From an uncultured Candidatus Saccharibacteria bacterium (lineage in GTDB: Bacteria > Patescibacteriota > Saccharimonadia > Saccharimonadales > Saccharimonadaceae), in assembly GCA_963747455.1 (NCBI GenBank), contig CAVVEW010000001.1, positions 32,005-96,004 on the forward strand: DNA of 64,000 bases, read 5' to 3'. The notes below the pieces were generated by a model. It had not been told where the DNA came from. It did no database searches and saw only the letters and a list, made by a program, of their open reading frames with translations. Within the stretch, counting starts at the first letter, position 1, and each line of letters begins with the position of its first letter. Below, piece after piece: positions 27,966-39,023 of this stretch. Made by a program: the position numbers and the translations under genes.

Positions 27966-28337
27966 CTATTTTACAGGGTTTTCGCGCCAGTCTTCTGGTG
28001 ACTGCGAAGGTAAGAACGGCTCATAGTGAGCGGTGGCAGGACTTCCCGGGTCGTCTGGTGTACCCGCTTCGATGCGCACGACAAAATCCCTGCCTTCTGC
28101 GACGAGAAAGCCATGTATGCCGTAATTCTGTGCAATCAATAGCATATCCAATGTGTAGGCAGTGTGGCCGAGTCTCTTAGCTCGTCTCGTCGAGAGTTCG
28201 TCTTCTGGAGAAGCTGCGATATCGACACGTAGTTCCTTGAGTCCGGTGTCACCCCGTGGTGCTTCATCGACACACTTGAGGACACCAGCCCATGTAGGGG
28301 GTTCAGTAACGTGATATCGGCCAGCGGGTAGGTTCAT
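27966..28337 (-). CDS. hypothetical protein (moderately GC-rich orphan)
   Basis: 123-aa ORF. Own promoter TTTACT-17-TATAAT at about 28344-28372. No family recognised. Confidence 0.45.
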   Translation of the reverse strand: MNLPAGRYHVTEPPTWAGVLKCVDEAPRGDTGLKELRVDIAASPEDELSTRRAKRLGHTAYTLDMLLIAQNYGIHGFLVAEGRDFVVRIEAGTPDDPGSPATAHYEPFLPSQSPEDWRENPVK

Positions 28338-28376
28338 AATGGTATATTATATCATTTATACTACAAAAAGTAAATG

Positions 28377-29174
28377 CTATACTGCCTTTGCTTGCTCTGC
28401 GTCCAGTCGAGCGAGGAGTCGAGCTCGTATGATAGCCAGCTGCTCGTCATTTGCACGGAAACTCTCGCCTAGCTGGTAGCCGGTCAGTCCTGTCCAGAAA
28501 CGGAAATGTCCTGAACTACCGATGCCAACGTTTTCATTTTCTTCGGAAGACTTCACATCCATTTCGTACATGTCGCGTTTGTAGGAAAAACGGATGTCCA
28601 CACCCTTTTTCTCATCCTCTACGGAGACTTCTTCATATACTTCGACATCTGGGATAGTCCACAATGCCTGCTCGGTAAAAATCTCTTGCTGCATGGCAGT
28701 TACCCTTCGTCGGGTCTCTCGGCTGAAGTCCCCCGTGTCATCGTTTGGTAGCACCTGTATGGCCAGCTGGTCGATTAGCGACAGTAGCTCACGACGAGTC
28801 GTACTGGGCGATGCATCAATTATCAGTCGGACACCATGGTTAAACCGAATTAGCGTATCTTTTGCTTGGCCAATCTCTTCTTTACTTGCATCGGGAGAGT
28901 GGACGACATTCATGGCTTCAGCCGCAGGGCTAACCGTCGATAGGAGTGCCAAAACTTGATGCTTTTCATCGAGGTATTCGGTCTGGTTCTCTACCTGGTA
29001 CTTCCGCACCATAACAGCTGCTGCTCTACCAATCGCCGTTGCGATACGGTCTGGGACGGGTAGCTCGCGAAGATCATCTCGATCGCGAGCGAGTACAGCT
29101 AGATACTCATTTGAGCCCTGGATCTGGCTCGTGAGTTCGTGGGGTTGTGTGGTGGGTGTGTATGTTTTTGCCAT
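28377..29174 (-). CDS. hypothetical protein
   Basis: 265-aa ORF with coding-like composition. No family recognised. Confidence 0.45.
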   Translation of the reverse strand: MAKTYTPTTQPHELTSQIQGSNEYLAVLARDRDDLRELPVPDRIATAIGRAAAVMVRKYQVENQTEYLDEKHQVLALLSTVSPAAEAMNVVHSPDASKEEIGQAKDTLIRFNHGVRLIIDASPSTTRRELLSLIDQLAIQVLPNDDTGDFSRETRRRVTAMQQEIFTEQALWTIPDVEVYEEVSVEDEKKGVDIRFSYKRDMYEMDVKSSEENENVGIGSSGHFRFWTGLTGYQLGESFRANDEQLAIIRARLLARLDAEQAKAV

Positions 29175-29254
29175 AGGTACGCTATTAGCATAACAATTAT
29201 AGTCAGTTTTGTCAACCCTACTGGCATACCTACGGAGTATGCTTAAATAGTCAC

Positions 29255-30292
29255 ATGTCTATACGATTTGCGACCGACGACGAGATTGCCGTCTGGAATG
29301 AAATGATTATTGCCAATCCCGATGGAGGAAATATCCTCCAGGGTGAAGAATTTATGCAGCAAAAGCGCGAAGCTGGCTGGACGATTCGCTATGCTATGGC
29401 CGATAAGCGCGCGATTTCTGTGATGGAAAAGTACGTTTTTCCCTTCGGTAAGGTGTGGTACGCGCCAAAAGGTCCATCGACGACTTCGCTCGATGATCTC
29501 GATGCACTTCTCGCTATACTTGTGCCCTTTGCACGAAAAAACGGTGCTTTTACACTGAAAATTGAGCCGGAGCTCGACCACGACGTAGACCTAACGAGTT
29601 TGATACAAAAGTACGGGTTACACCGCACTAATCCGATCCAGTACAACTTTGCGACAGTTATCGTCGATTTATCACCGAGTCTCGATGAAATCATGGCAAG
29701 CCTGCCGCAAAAAGGTCGCCATGCAATCCGCCGAGCTGAGCGCGACGGCGTGACAGTGCAAAAAGTCGAGCCAACTGACGAAAACTGCAAAATTATGTAT
29801 GACCTGCTTCGTGGCACCGCCGACGATTCGTCGTTTGCTATCCGCCCACCCGAGTATTACAAACGATTTTATCGTCATTATGGCGAAAACGGCGGACTAT
29901 TTCTCGCGTACTTTGAAGGCCAGCCTGTCGCTGGCGCCTTTGCTATGGTTCAGGGAAAAAAGAGTATGTACAAAGACGGTGCATCTATCCGCCAGCGAAC
30001 CGCCTATGGCGCCAGTCACCTCTTGCAGTGGCATGTTATACAGTGGGCCAAGTCCAAGGGCTCTGAGTACCACGACCTCGCTGGTGCGCCACCGATTGCA
30101 CGCGTCCATGACCAGACGCATCCTTTTTACTATATGGGCAAGTTCAAGCGCCAATTCAATAAGGAAACGACTGAATTTGTCGGCACCTACAACATACCGG
30201 TTGCAAAACTTCGTGGTATCTTCTGGGATCGATTCTACGAGAAAGTACTGCGCCGCGCATATTTCAAATTTCGCGGCCAATCGTGGTATTAA
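29255..30292 (+). CDS. FemAB-family peptidoglycan aminoacyltransferase (FemX-like)
   Basis: 345 aa. W..I......G.ILQ...F...K...GW, ...FLAYFEGQPVAGAFAMVQGKKSMYKDGAS and the overall length match Fem/MurM-type lipid II peptide-bridge transferases. Confidence 0.6.
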   Translation: MSIRFATDDEIAVWNEMIIANPDGGNILQGEEFMQQKREAGWTIRYAMADKRAISVMEKYVFPFGKVWYAPKGPSTTSLDDLDALLAILVPFARKNGAFTLKIEPELDHDVDLTSLIQKYGLHRTNPIQYNFATVIVDLSPSLDEIMASLPQKGRHAIRRAERDGVTVQKVEPTDENCKIMYDLLRGTADDSSFAIRPPEYYKRFYRHYGENGGLFLAYFEGQPVAGAFAMVQGKKSMYKDGASIRQRTAYGASHLLQWHVIQWAKSKGSEYHDLAGAPPIARVHDQTHPFYYMGKFKRQFNKETTEFVGTYNIPVAKLRGIFWDRFYEKVLRRAYFKFRGQSWY

Positions 30293-30322
30293 CCCTCTAA
30301 ATTGTGAGATAATAAACATCCT

Positions 30323-31212
30323 ATGATAAACACACGAGTACTCATGTCCGGCGTCCAGTATTTTGCCGATGATGCCCCGATCAATCCCTTTATGGACAAA
30401 GACAGCACCTATCGACCTCGCATGAGGCCAAGCGTGAACACGATGCTATCCAATCAGCGCTCGAATCTGTCGGCGTGAGCGTCGAGCGTGTCGATCCGCC
30501 TGCTGATTGCCAAGATGGTGTCTTCACGGCCAACTGGGCGCTTGTACGTGGCGACAAAGCAGTCCTGGCTCGCTTACCCAATGCTCGCAAAGACGAGGAG
30601 CCATATGCCAAGCAAGTACTGGAGAGTATGGGAAAGACTGTCTATGAACTGCCAGCAGATATCGAAAAGTTTAGTGGTCAAGGCGATGCCCTTCCCTGTG
30701 GCAACTATCTCTTTTGCGGCACTGGCTATCGTACCGATGAGGCGGCTCAACTATTTGTCTGCGAAACCCTAGGCTTTGAGCGCGTAAAAGTTCAAGCAAA
30801 GCCTCAGCTCGATGCAAACGGGCAGCCGATGATAAATGCCTACTCTGGTTGGCCAGACAGTTTCTACTATGACCTAGATCTAGCAGTGTCGATTCTCAAG
30901 GCGCCAGTCTATGACGGCGATGAGATTATCGAAAATGGTCTGATTGGCTTTTGCCCCGAAGCGCTGACACCGGAAAGCGTCGAAGTTATCCGTAGTCTGC
31001 CTGGCCTCGACCGTATCGAAGTCAGCGAAGATGAAGCAGTCCACAACCTCGCCTGCAATCTCGTCAGCACCGGCACGCACGTCGTCATGAACGACGCGCC
31101 AGAATTTGCGGCCGCCATAGAGTCACACGGCCTCACGACCACTCGCCTCTCCAACCCTGAACTCGCCAAAGGTGGCGGGTCGATGCGGTGTACGACGTTG
31201 ACGTTGGAATAA
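30323..31212 (+). CDS. amidinotransferase/DDAH-like guanidino-group-modifying enzyme (frameshift near 30410)
   Basis: ATG 30323 gives MINTRVLMSGVQYFADDAPINPFMDKDS.., then shifts into ORF 30475-31212. C-terminal KGGGSMRCTTLTL carries the catalytic Cys context of the pentein fold. Confidence 0.5.
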
Positions 31213-31295
31213 TTTTTCCAATTAGAAGACCCCGCAGGGGTCTCCCACTCTCCTTTCGGATCGTAGTTGTCTTGCGGGGTAGTGCCTGAGCGAGC

Positions 31296-32129
31296 TCAGG
31301 CGGGTTGCAGTGCCTCGGGCATGACGCCAAGAGCCTGCAGGCGGAGGATGGTGAACGCGAAGCCACGACGGACCCACACCTCTGAGGTGTCGGAGCATTC
31401 TTGGCTGAACTGCGTTCGGGTCAGGCTCTTGAACTCAGCAGCACCGTCCTCGATGTCGAGACCGGAGCCCCATGCCACGTCGACGAGCTGCCCACCGAGC
31501 TGGATGTTCTCGTAGTGCCAGTAGTTGCGGTGGCCAGAGAACTGCCAGTAGCCGAGGATGAGCTCGACTTCCTTGGCGGGACGGTAGTGGCAGCCAGTCA
31601 TCTCTCCAAGATCGGCGAGTCTCACCCAGCCGCGCTGACCACGACGACGCTCCCGCGCCTTCATGCTCAGTCCTCGATGGGTTGCGAGAGGCTGTCGGGC
31701 GTAGTTGAGCCTGGGGATGTTGACTCCACGGCCCAGCTCGCCCTTGTGAATCATGCGGGCGTACTCCAGGGTCTTGCGACCACTGGGCTTGACCTGCCGT
31801 CTCGGCTGGTCGACATCCTCTTCTTCTGCGCAGACGTAGCCGAACGGCTTGTCGCTGATGTAGAGCACGTCGGGGGTGCTGTAGAGCGAGCTCAGTGTGA
31901 TGCTCTCGAGCTGGCTGTGGTCGATGCCGACGAGCCAACTGTAGTAGCCGGGGATGAGCGTACGCTCCATGACCCACATGCCGTTCGGTACGACGAAGGG
32001 GGTCTTTTCGATCACCTCATCAGCGCCAGTGTATGTACGGGGCTTCAGGCCGGACTTAATGTCCGGGTCGAGCACCCACTTCTTCTTCGTGAACGTCATT
32101 CCCTCGGGGTTGTCGGTCACTTGAACCAT
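31296..32129 (-). CDS. GC-rich orphan protein, 277 aa
   Basis: Intact ORF with RBS GGAG. Line 31621-31680 is 41/60 G+C. No family recognised. About 120-nt leader behind cassette promoter c. Confidence 0.5.
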   Translation of the reverse strand: MVQVTDNPEGMTFTKKKWVLDPDIKSGLKPRTYTGADEVIEKTPFVVPNGMWVMERTLIPGYYSWLVGIDHSQLESITLSSLYSTPDVLYISDKPFGYVCAEEEDVDQPRRQVKPSGRKTLEYARMIHKGELGRGVNIPRLNYARQPLATHRGLSMKARERRRGQRGWVRLADLGEMTGCHYRPAKEVELILGYWQFSGHRNYWHYENIQLGGQLVDVAWGSGLDIEDGAAEFKSLTRTQFSQECSDTSEVWVRRGFAFTILRLQALGVMPEALQPA

Positions 32130-32263
32130 CTCCTATGCGATACTATCGGTATATTCGTGAAGCGTATCGCCACCCCACGAACTCGCCACCTGATGCGACG
32201 AAGACAAGAGCTATCCAGCTCCTCTCTTCGCCCCATCAAACGACTCTGTTAAAGAACAGATAT

Positions 32264-32294
32264 ATATTAGCATAAATAGTATAAAAAGTCAATA
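32264..32294 (-). promoter_or_regulatory. sigma70-type promoter, conserved cassette copy c
   Basis: Minus strand reads TATTGACTTTTTATACTATTTATGCTAATAT. -35 at 32287-32292, 17-nt spacer, -10 TAATAT at 32264-32269. Confidence 0.5.
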
Positions 32295-32329
32295 ATCGAG
32301 CGGTAGCAAACAAGAGGGGCTGCTATTTG

Positions 32330-33645
32330 TTAGCTCGAGTGCATTTCGCACTTCACCGGCTTCGTCCCACGGATGGACTTCCCAGAGGCACTGTCGTCTT
32401 TTTCGCCGCCAGATCCTATCGCACGTTCGATGGTTTTTTCGTGGCCTTTGCCGAGCAATATGACGACATCGTCTTTGCCTGAAACTCTGGTCATCGCGAA
32501 TTTGATAGCTTCTGGGCGGTCGAGTATGAGGAACATGTCTTTATCTTTTACTTTGCCGCTTCGCTCTGCACCTTCGGCGATTTGGATGAGGATGAGATTG
32601 CCGTCGATATCGCGGTCGTCTTCTTCGGTCAGGACGACTTCATCGCAGTATTTACCAGCAATTTCACCTTGGGTCCATCGCTTGCCTTCGTCGCGGCGGC
32701 CAGCTGAGCCAAATACCGCGATCAGTTTGCCCTTGGTGCTTTTTCGTAAATCACCGAGCAGTCGTTCGAAACTATCTGGCGTATGCGCAAAGTCGACGAT
32801 GACGCTAAAGTCTTGTCCTTCGTCGATGGTGTCCATGCGGCCTTCAACGCCCTTGAGGCTCGCAATTCCCTGCTCGATCTGTTCTTTTGATAGACCGAGA
32901 TGATGGCCGACAGTCACGGCAGCGAGACTATTTGATACGTTGAATTCACCAGGAATATTGCAGCGGATGTCGTAGCTCGTTTCGCCGATGACTGCGCTGT
33001 ACGTGCTGCCGTCACCCTGCATGTCGATAGTCGTGTGCCTGGACGTCACCCTTTGCGATACCGTAGGTTGCGCTGTGGTCGATGGCTCCAGTGAAGATAT
33101 CTGCACTCGGATCATCGGCGTTTACGACACCAAACCCGCCACGTTTGTTTGCCAAACGAAACATCGATGCCTTTGCGTCGCGGTAGCGTTCAAATGTCCC
33201 GTGGTAATCGAGGTGCTCATGGGTAATGTTCGTCATGACGGCGATCTCGTACGGGATACCCCAGACGCGGTGCTGCGCGAGCGCATGGCTGGTAGTCTCG
33301 AGTACGACCCAGTCAGCTCCTTGTAGCTTTGAACTCTTTGAGGCGGCGATTTAACAGAGGTGCCGATACGGTCGTCATGTGTGCGACTTGAGGGGTAATG
33401 TCATTGCCGACACCGTAGGCAACTGTTGTCATAAGAGCAACATTATAACCAGCATCAGCGAGCATCTTGTGAATCATGAAACTCGTCGTCGTCTTGCCGT
33501 TTGTGCCTGTTACACCGATGACATGCATGCCGCGTGCAGGAAAGCCGTAGCGGGCACTCACGAGCATTGCTTCTAGTTTGTGTCCTGTTGGTTCGATAGC
33601 CTTAAAGACGCTCATGGGCATGAGCTTTTTTAGGAGTTGTTTCAC
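32330..33645 (-). CDS. murE: UDP-N-acetylmuramoyl-L-alanyl-D-glutamate--(L-Lys or meso-DAP) ligase MurE (at least 2 frameshifts)
   Basis: GTG 33645 overlaps the upstream stop (GTGA). VIGVTGTNGKTTT P-loop, then ..TNITHEHLDYHG.. (ORF 33012-33236), then ..DFAHTPDS..FGSAGRRD.. (ORF 32330-33115). Confidence 0.75.
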
Positions 33646-34718
33646 GCTTTCAGTACCTCTTCTAGTAATATTTCGCTTGTTAATTTTCCGTTCGTCGACT
33701 TCGTGCGTAAAGTGCGGGCCGAGCAAGAGTACGACGTCATCTTTTTTGGCTGAGCGGAGGGTCAACTCGATCGACTGCTTCAGGTCGTCAGCATGGTAGC
33801 GTGCCGTTGACTTCCTCGCCCCTTGTGACGGTCACATGGTCGGCTCTGAGTCGAGAGCATGTCGAGCGTGTCGCTGTCGAAACTATCATCACAGGCGATG
33901 AGCAGACGGCGCTTGGCAATCTGCTTGAGTGAGGCCGTGACGAGATCTGCTGAACGAGATGACGGAGCACCATCGACATAGAGGGAGTACGGCTCATTGA
34001 GCGGCAATTGCTCGAGATTTCCTCGGACGGTTTCGAGCCGAGCAATCCCCTCTTGGAACTTAGAAATATCGAGTCCTAGCAGATAGCCAGCGGCGACTGC
34101 TGCGGCGACATTGTAGGCATTTGCCTTGCCAAGGAGGTAGGTCGACAGCGTCAAATTGGTTTGGTGGTCAATTGTTACTTCAATTTCTGTGCCTTTGCGA
34201 TACAGTACGACATTTCGCAGGTATGCTTCGGCAAGTTCGCTGTCGCCAAAGCTGATTTTTTGATGTGGTGCGATGGCCAAGCCTTCGGTGGCCATGCCTT
34301 CAGGAATCACGACATACGCTGACGGTGTTTCCATCACTTGCTTAGAAAGCTCGCCTTCTGAGGTGACGACCATCATTTCTACCTGGAGTGTCTCCAGTAC
34401 GCAGCTACGCAAAATAGCCGGTGTGACCGCCATGACGACCGTCTCAGCTCGTTTTTTACTCTTTGAGATGGCTCGTTGGACGGCTTCGGCGCTGGCATCG
34501 TAGCGCTCTGGGTAAGGTTCGCCATCGATGTGACTCGTTCTGTCGGTAAATACTGCAGCTGTTTGGGCATTTTCCCGTAGGAGCTCGCCGATATAGAGAG
34601 CTGTCGTCGTCGCACCGTATTCCCCCACTACCAGTATCAGCCGGACGTTACGCGACGGGTGGTTGTAACGCAATGCAGCCTTTTTGGCTCGAGCTTTCCC
34701 AAAAAAATCTCGCTTCAT
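33642..34718 (-). CDS. Mur-ligase-family protein with degenerate P-loop (frameshifted C-terminus)
   Basis: ORF 33780-34718. LILVVGEYGATTTALYIGELL occupies the GxxGKT/S position. The C-terminal ..DDVVLLLGPHFTHE.. piece is in the frame of ORF 33313-33765, and the natural end ..LLEEVLKA-TGA is in a third frame. Confidence 0.5.
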
Positions 34719-34761
34719 ACCCCTATTTTACACCTAATCAGCGATGGTATACTAGACGAGT

Positions 34762-35850
34762 ATGAAAATATTGGGAATCGAGTCGAGTTGCGACGAGACG
34801 AGCGCGGCGGTTGTCGAGGATGGCCGGACGCTGCTGAGCAATGTAGTTCAGAGCCAAATCGACATCCATGCAGAATATGGCGGAGTGATTCCAGAGATTG
34901 CAGCGCGCAGCCATATCGAGGCAATCAACCCTGTGATCGCAAAAGCGTTGCAGGATGCGCATGCTGACTGGGATGATATCGATGCGATCGCCGTCACAAA
35001 TGCCCCTGGCCTCGTGGGCTCTCTATTGATTGGCACGCTTGCCGCTCGAACTCTCGCTGTCATTCACAATAAGCCCCTCTACGGCATCCACCATGTGGAG
35101 GCGCATGTGTATGCAAATTTTGTAATTCAACAGAGTGAAGACAGTGAAAAGCAATTGATACTTCCCTCTTCTCAGCCCAAATTTCCTATGCTCGCACTCA
35201 TTGTCAGCGGTGGCCACACACAGCTAGTGTTATTTCGAGCTCATGGTGACTATGAACTCCTCGGTCAGACGCAGGACGATGCCGTCGGCGAGGCTTTTGA
35301 CAAGGTAGCGAAGATCCTTGGTCTCCCCTATCCAGGCGGACCGTCGGTTGAGATCGCAGCCAAGGAGGGTGACCCGTACGCGTATGATTTGCCAAAGGCT
35401 CGTATGCAAAACCCATACGATTTTAGCTTCTCGGGCCTCAAGACAGCCGTTCTGAGGGCCGTACAGCGCGATGTGGGCAAGGACTTTAGATTTCCCTCTC
35501 ACGAGCTCTCAGCGCTTCTCACGGCCAAACAGCAGCATGATTTCGCTGCTAGCTTCGTCCGTGTCGCGATAGAGACACTCGTCGACAAGACCGAAAAGGC
35601 TTTCCATGACTACTCCCCTGCCTCTGTTGTGATCGCTGGCGGCGTGGCAGCGAGCCCACCGCTACGTGCAGAACTCTCGCGTCGCTTACCGATAGCTATC
35701 GAGTACGCTCCGATGAGCCTTTGTACGGATAACGCAGCAATGATTGCGACTCTCGGCTACTACTATGCTCAGCATCATCAGGCGGATGACCCCTACTCTC
35801 TCGAAGTCACCCCTAGCCTGAGTATGACCAAAACTGCGTGGGCAAACTAG
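34762..35850 (+). CDS. tsaD: tRNA N6-adenosine threonylcarbamoyltransferase TsaD
   Basis: MKILGIESSCDETSAAVVEDGR...GGVIPEIAARSHIE...VSGGHTQL are hallmark Kae1/TsaD motifs. Confidence 0.9.
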   Translation: MKILGIESSCDETSAAVVEDGRTLLSNVVQSQIDIHAEYGGVIPEIAARSHIEAINPVIAKALQDAHADWDDIDAIAVTNAPGLVGSLLIGTLAARTLAVIHNKPLYGIHHVEAHVYANFVIQQSEDSEKQLILPSSQPKFPMLALIVSGGHTQLVLFRAHGDYELLGQTQDDAVGEAFDKVAKILGLPYPGGPSVEIAAKEGDPYAYDLPKARMQNPYDFSFSGLKTAVLRAVQRDVGKDFRFPSHELSALLTAKQQHDFAASFVRVAIETLVDKTEKAFHDYSPASVVIAGGVAASPPLRAELSRRLPIAIEYAPMSLCTDNAAMIATLGYYYAQHHQADDPYSLEVTPSLSMTKTAWAN

Positions 35851-36060
35851 CAAAAATCGCTATCTGACCTCGAGAAAATGACTATTGTACACATACGTAT
35901 TGCGTGTGCTATACTGATATCGAACATAAACACGTGAATGCGGGGAAAAGCGACCTGTCAACATTTTCGTAAGAAGATGAGTATTGACATTATGCCCAAT
36001 TTCACGTGAAATATTGATAAGCTTTCAGCGTGTTGGTGGATAGCTACAAGAGGTGATTAG

Positions 36061-38623
36061 GTGAAATTAGCGAGTACATACACCCCCGGAGACTACGAAC
36101 CGAACATCTACGCTCTCTGGGAAGAATCTGGTGCATTCAAGCCGTCTGGTAAGGGCGAACCTTTTTCTATGGTCATGCCACCGCCAAATGCCAACGGCAA
36201 TCTGCATATCGGTCACGCACTTGATATGAATCTCAAGGATATCCTGGCCCGCTGGCGACGTATGCAGGGTAGGGACGTGGCATTTCTGCCAGGTGCAGAT
36301 CACGCTGGCTTCGAAACGTGGGTGGTATACGAAAAATATCTACAGTCTGAAGGCAAAAGCCGCTTTGATTTCACCCGTGAACAGCTCTATAGCCAGGTGT
36401 GGGATTTTGTCGAAAACAGACGAGGCGATATGGAGCTTCAGCTCCGCGCTCTCGGAACCAGTTGTAGCTGGGACGATTTGGTATTTACACTCGATGAAAA
36501 AGTCATCGACACCGTATACGACACCTTCAAGCGCATGTGGGATGACGAACTCGTCTACCGCGGTAAGCGTATCGTTAACTACTGTACAAAGCATCAGACG
36601 AGCTTTGCTGATATCGAAGTCGAGCACAAAAACGAAAAAGGGAAGTTATGGAAAATTGCCTATCCGTTGCTCGATAAACGCGGCGAAATCGTCGTTGCGA
36701 CAACTCGTCCAGAGACAATGCTCGGTGATACAGCAGTTGCCGTCCACCCCGATGACGAGCGCTACAAAGACCTCATCGGCACACGCGTACAGCTACCGAT
36801 AACAAATAGGGAAATGCCGATCATCGCCGATGAGCATGTCGACAGGGAATTTGGTACTGGTGCAGTCAAGGTGACGCCAGCGCACGATCCAAATGACTTT
36901 GAGATTGCCGAACGGCATGGTCTCGAAATCCTTACTATCATCGACGAACAGGGTAAGATGCAGAATGTCCCAGAGTACCTGCAGGGCATGACAGTTCTAG
37001 ATGCCCGCAAGCGCCTGCTTGCCATGCTCGAAGCTGATGAAGCGATGCGTGGTTCAGAAGATATCGAACACGCCGTCGGCCATTGTTACAAGTGCGGCAC
37101 TATCATCGAGCCAATGCTCAAAGAGCAGTGGTTTGTGAAACTAGAGCCGCTTGCACACGATGCGATTACGCGCTTGCAGCAAAAGGAGATCAAATTTCAC
37201 CCGGCAACCAAGCAAAAGGAAGTCATAGCCTACCTCTCACAGATACGCGATTGGAATATTTCTCGCCAGATTCCGTGGGGAATCCCAATACCGGCATTTC
37301 AAAGTACCACAAATCCAGATGATTGGATATTTGATACGCGGGTTGATCAGAAAACTATCGATGTAAAGGGTACAACATATAAACGTGAAGAAGATACCTT
37401 CGACACGTGGTTTAGCTCTGGTCAATGGCCCTATATCGTCACCGATAGTTTGTCCGAGGGCGAACTGAGCCGATTCTTCCCGACTGATCTGATGGAAACA
37501 GGCAGCGACCTTCTGCGGCAGTGGGTGAGTCGTATGATTATGCTCAGCGTCTATCGTACTGGCCAAGTACCGTTTGAAGATGTTTATTTCCACGGCATGG
37601 TCAATGACGAAAACAACCAAAAAATGAGCAAGTCAAAGGGCAATGTCATCAATCCTATGGAGATGGTCGCCGAATTTGGTTCGGACGCGCTCCGAATGGG
37701 TATTATTTCTGGACGTAGCGCCTCGCAAAACCAAGCCTTCAACAAGGGCGCGGTGGTTGCTGGACGCAATTTCTGCAATAAGCTCTGGAATATCGCTCGT
37801 TTTACCGAAAATACTCTTGGCGATAGTCCGGCTATCAGTTCTGCGTTGGCGCAGACGATGGCGGATCATTGGATTATTCGCCAGCTCAATGAAGCGCGCG
37901 CTACTATCGACGAGCAACTAGAGCAGTATCGGTTCTCAGAGGCCGCCGATACGGTCTATCATGTCATCTGGGGCGATGTTGCCGACTGGTTCCTCGAAGT
38001 CAGCAAGGTAGAAAAAAATACCGACATGCTGGCATGGGTGCTCGATACGTCACTCAAGCTCGCTCATCCGTTTGCGCCATTTGTGACCGAGACGATCTGG
38101 CAGAGCCTGTCGTGGCACGAGAGTATTACCGATAACCTCATTACTGCCAAATGGCCAACAGATCAAAAGTACGATGAAATTGCCGCAGCAGAGTTTGGCC
38201 GATTCAAGGATTTGGTCAGCGAAGCCCGCTTTGTCACGGCAGGACTTCCTGGAAACGACAAGTATACACTGCTCTATCACGATGATTCGTTGATTGCCGA
38301 CAATGCCGAGTTGCTCAAGCATCTCGTACGCTCCGTAAACGCCGTTGAACATGTCGACGTAGGGCAGGGGACTGCGCCTCGCGAGTAGCGGACGTGACGT
38401 CTGGCTCGATATCAGTGATGAAGTTCTCTATGAGCACCAGATCAACCTCGAGCGACGCCTTGCCGAAGTACGCCAGTCTATCGCCGCACTCGAAGCACGA
38501 CTCTCGAATGAAAACTATATTGCAAAAGCTCCTGAGCATCTAGTAGAAGAGACGCGCACCAAGCTCGACGAAGAAAAAGCCCATGCCGAGCGACTCGTGC
38601 ATGAGCTTGAAGTACTGAGTTAA
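36061..38623 (+). CDS. valS: valine--tRNA ligase (frameshift near 38370; C-terminal coiled coil in second frame)
   Basis: GTG after AGAGGTGA. HIGH motif PPPNANGNLHIGHAL, KMSKS motif NQKMSKSKGN. After ORF end 38388 the coiled-coil tail ..YEHQINLERRLAEVRQSIAALEARLSNENYIAKAPEHLVEETRTKL.. continues to TAA 38621-38623. Confidence 0.9.
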
Positions 38624-38625
38624 AT

Positions 38626-38949
38626 TTAGGCTACGATCGGGAGAGAGTAGTTATCAAATGCGTGCCGGCCGCGAGGTTCGGCATTTTGCATGAGGTAGCG
38701 TTTCGATTTGTTCTCACGGGGTTGGATAGAAGGGGACTGATAGACAAATCCATTGAGGGTACGCTGTGTATGCTCGGGGTGGACGTGTGCTTCAGCAAGC
38801 GTTCCGGCATCGGTGGTGACTACGTTGCGTTTGAGCAAGTACTCGCCACTCATGTAGGTAGCTTTATCGATACGCGCGTCATGGATGAAAATACCAGTGG
38901 CGGTCACGAGGCTGAGAATGATTCCGAAGATGTTGATGAATTTTGTCAT
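38626..38949 (-). CDS. hypothetical membrane-anchored protein
   Basis: 107-aa ORF with N-terminal TM FINIFGIILSLVTATGIFI. Confidence 0.4.
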   Translation of the reverse strand: MTKFINIFGIILSLVTATGIFIHDARIDKATYMSGEYLLKRNVVTTDAGTLAEAHVHPEHTQRTLNGFVYQSPSIQPRENKSKRYLMQNAEPRGRHAFDNYSLPIVA

Positions 38950-39023
38950 GGTGGTGTATGTTTTTTGTAGTTTTACTTCACCATGGTAGCATAAGCTTTA
39001 TGAATTGTCAAGTATAGGTCAAG

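Noticed and set aside
31401-32252. Long ORFs on the opposite strand or in other frames within GC-rich islets (31401-32252 +, 31435-31977 -, 45820-46149 +, 46146-46730 +, 46055-46306 +)
   Set aside because: These are the open shadow frames typical of GC-rich DNA, with R/A/G/P-rich translations. The chosen frames have RBSs, promoters and terminators in the right places.
35851-36060. T-box riboswitch upstream of valS
   Set aside because: No T-box consensus (AATTAGGGTGGTACCGCG-like) or specifier-loop architecture was found. Only a possible TTGACA-17-TGAAAT promoter and a repeated TTCACGTGAA palindrome are present.
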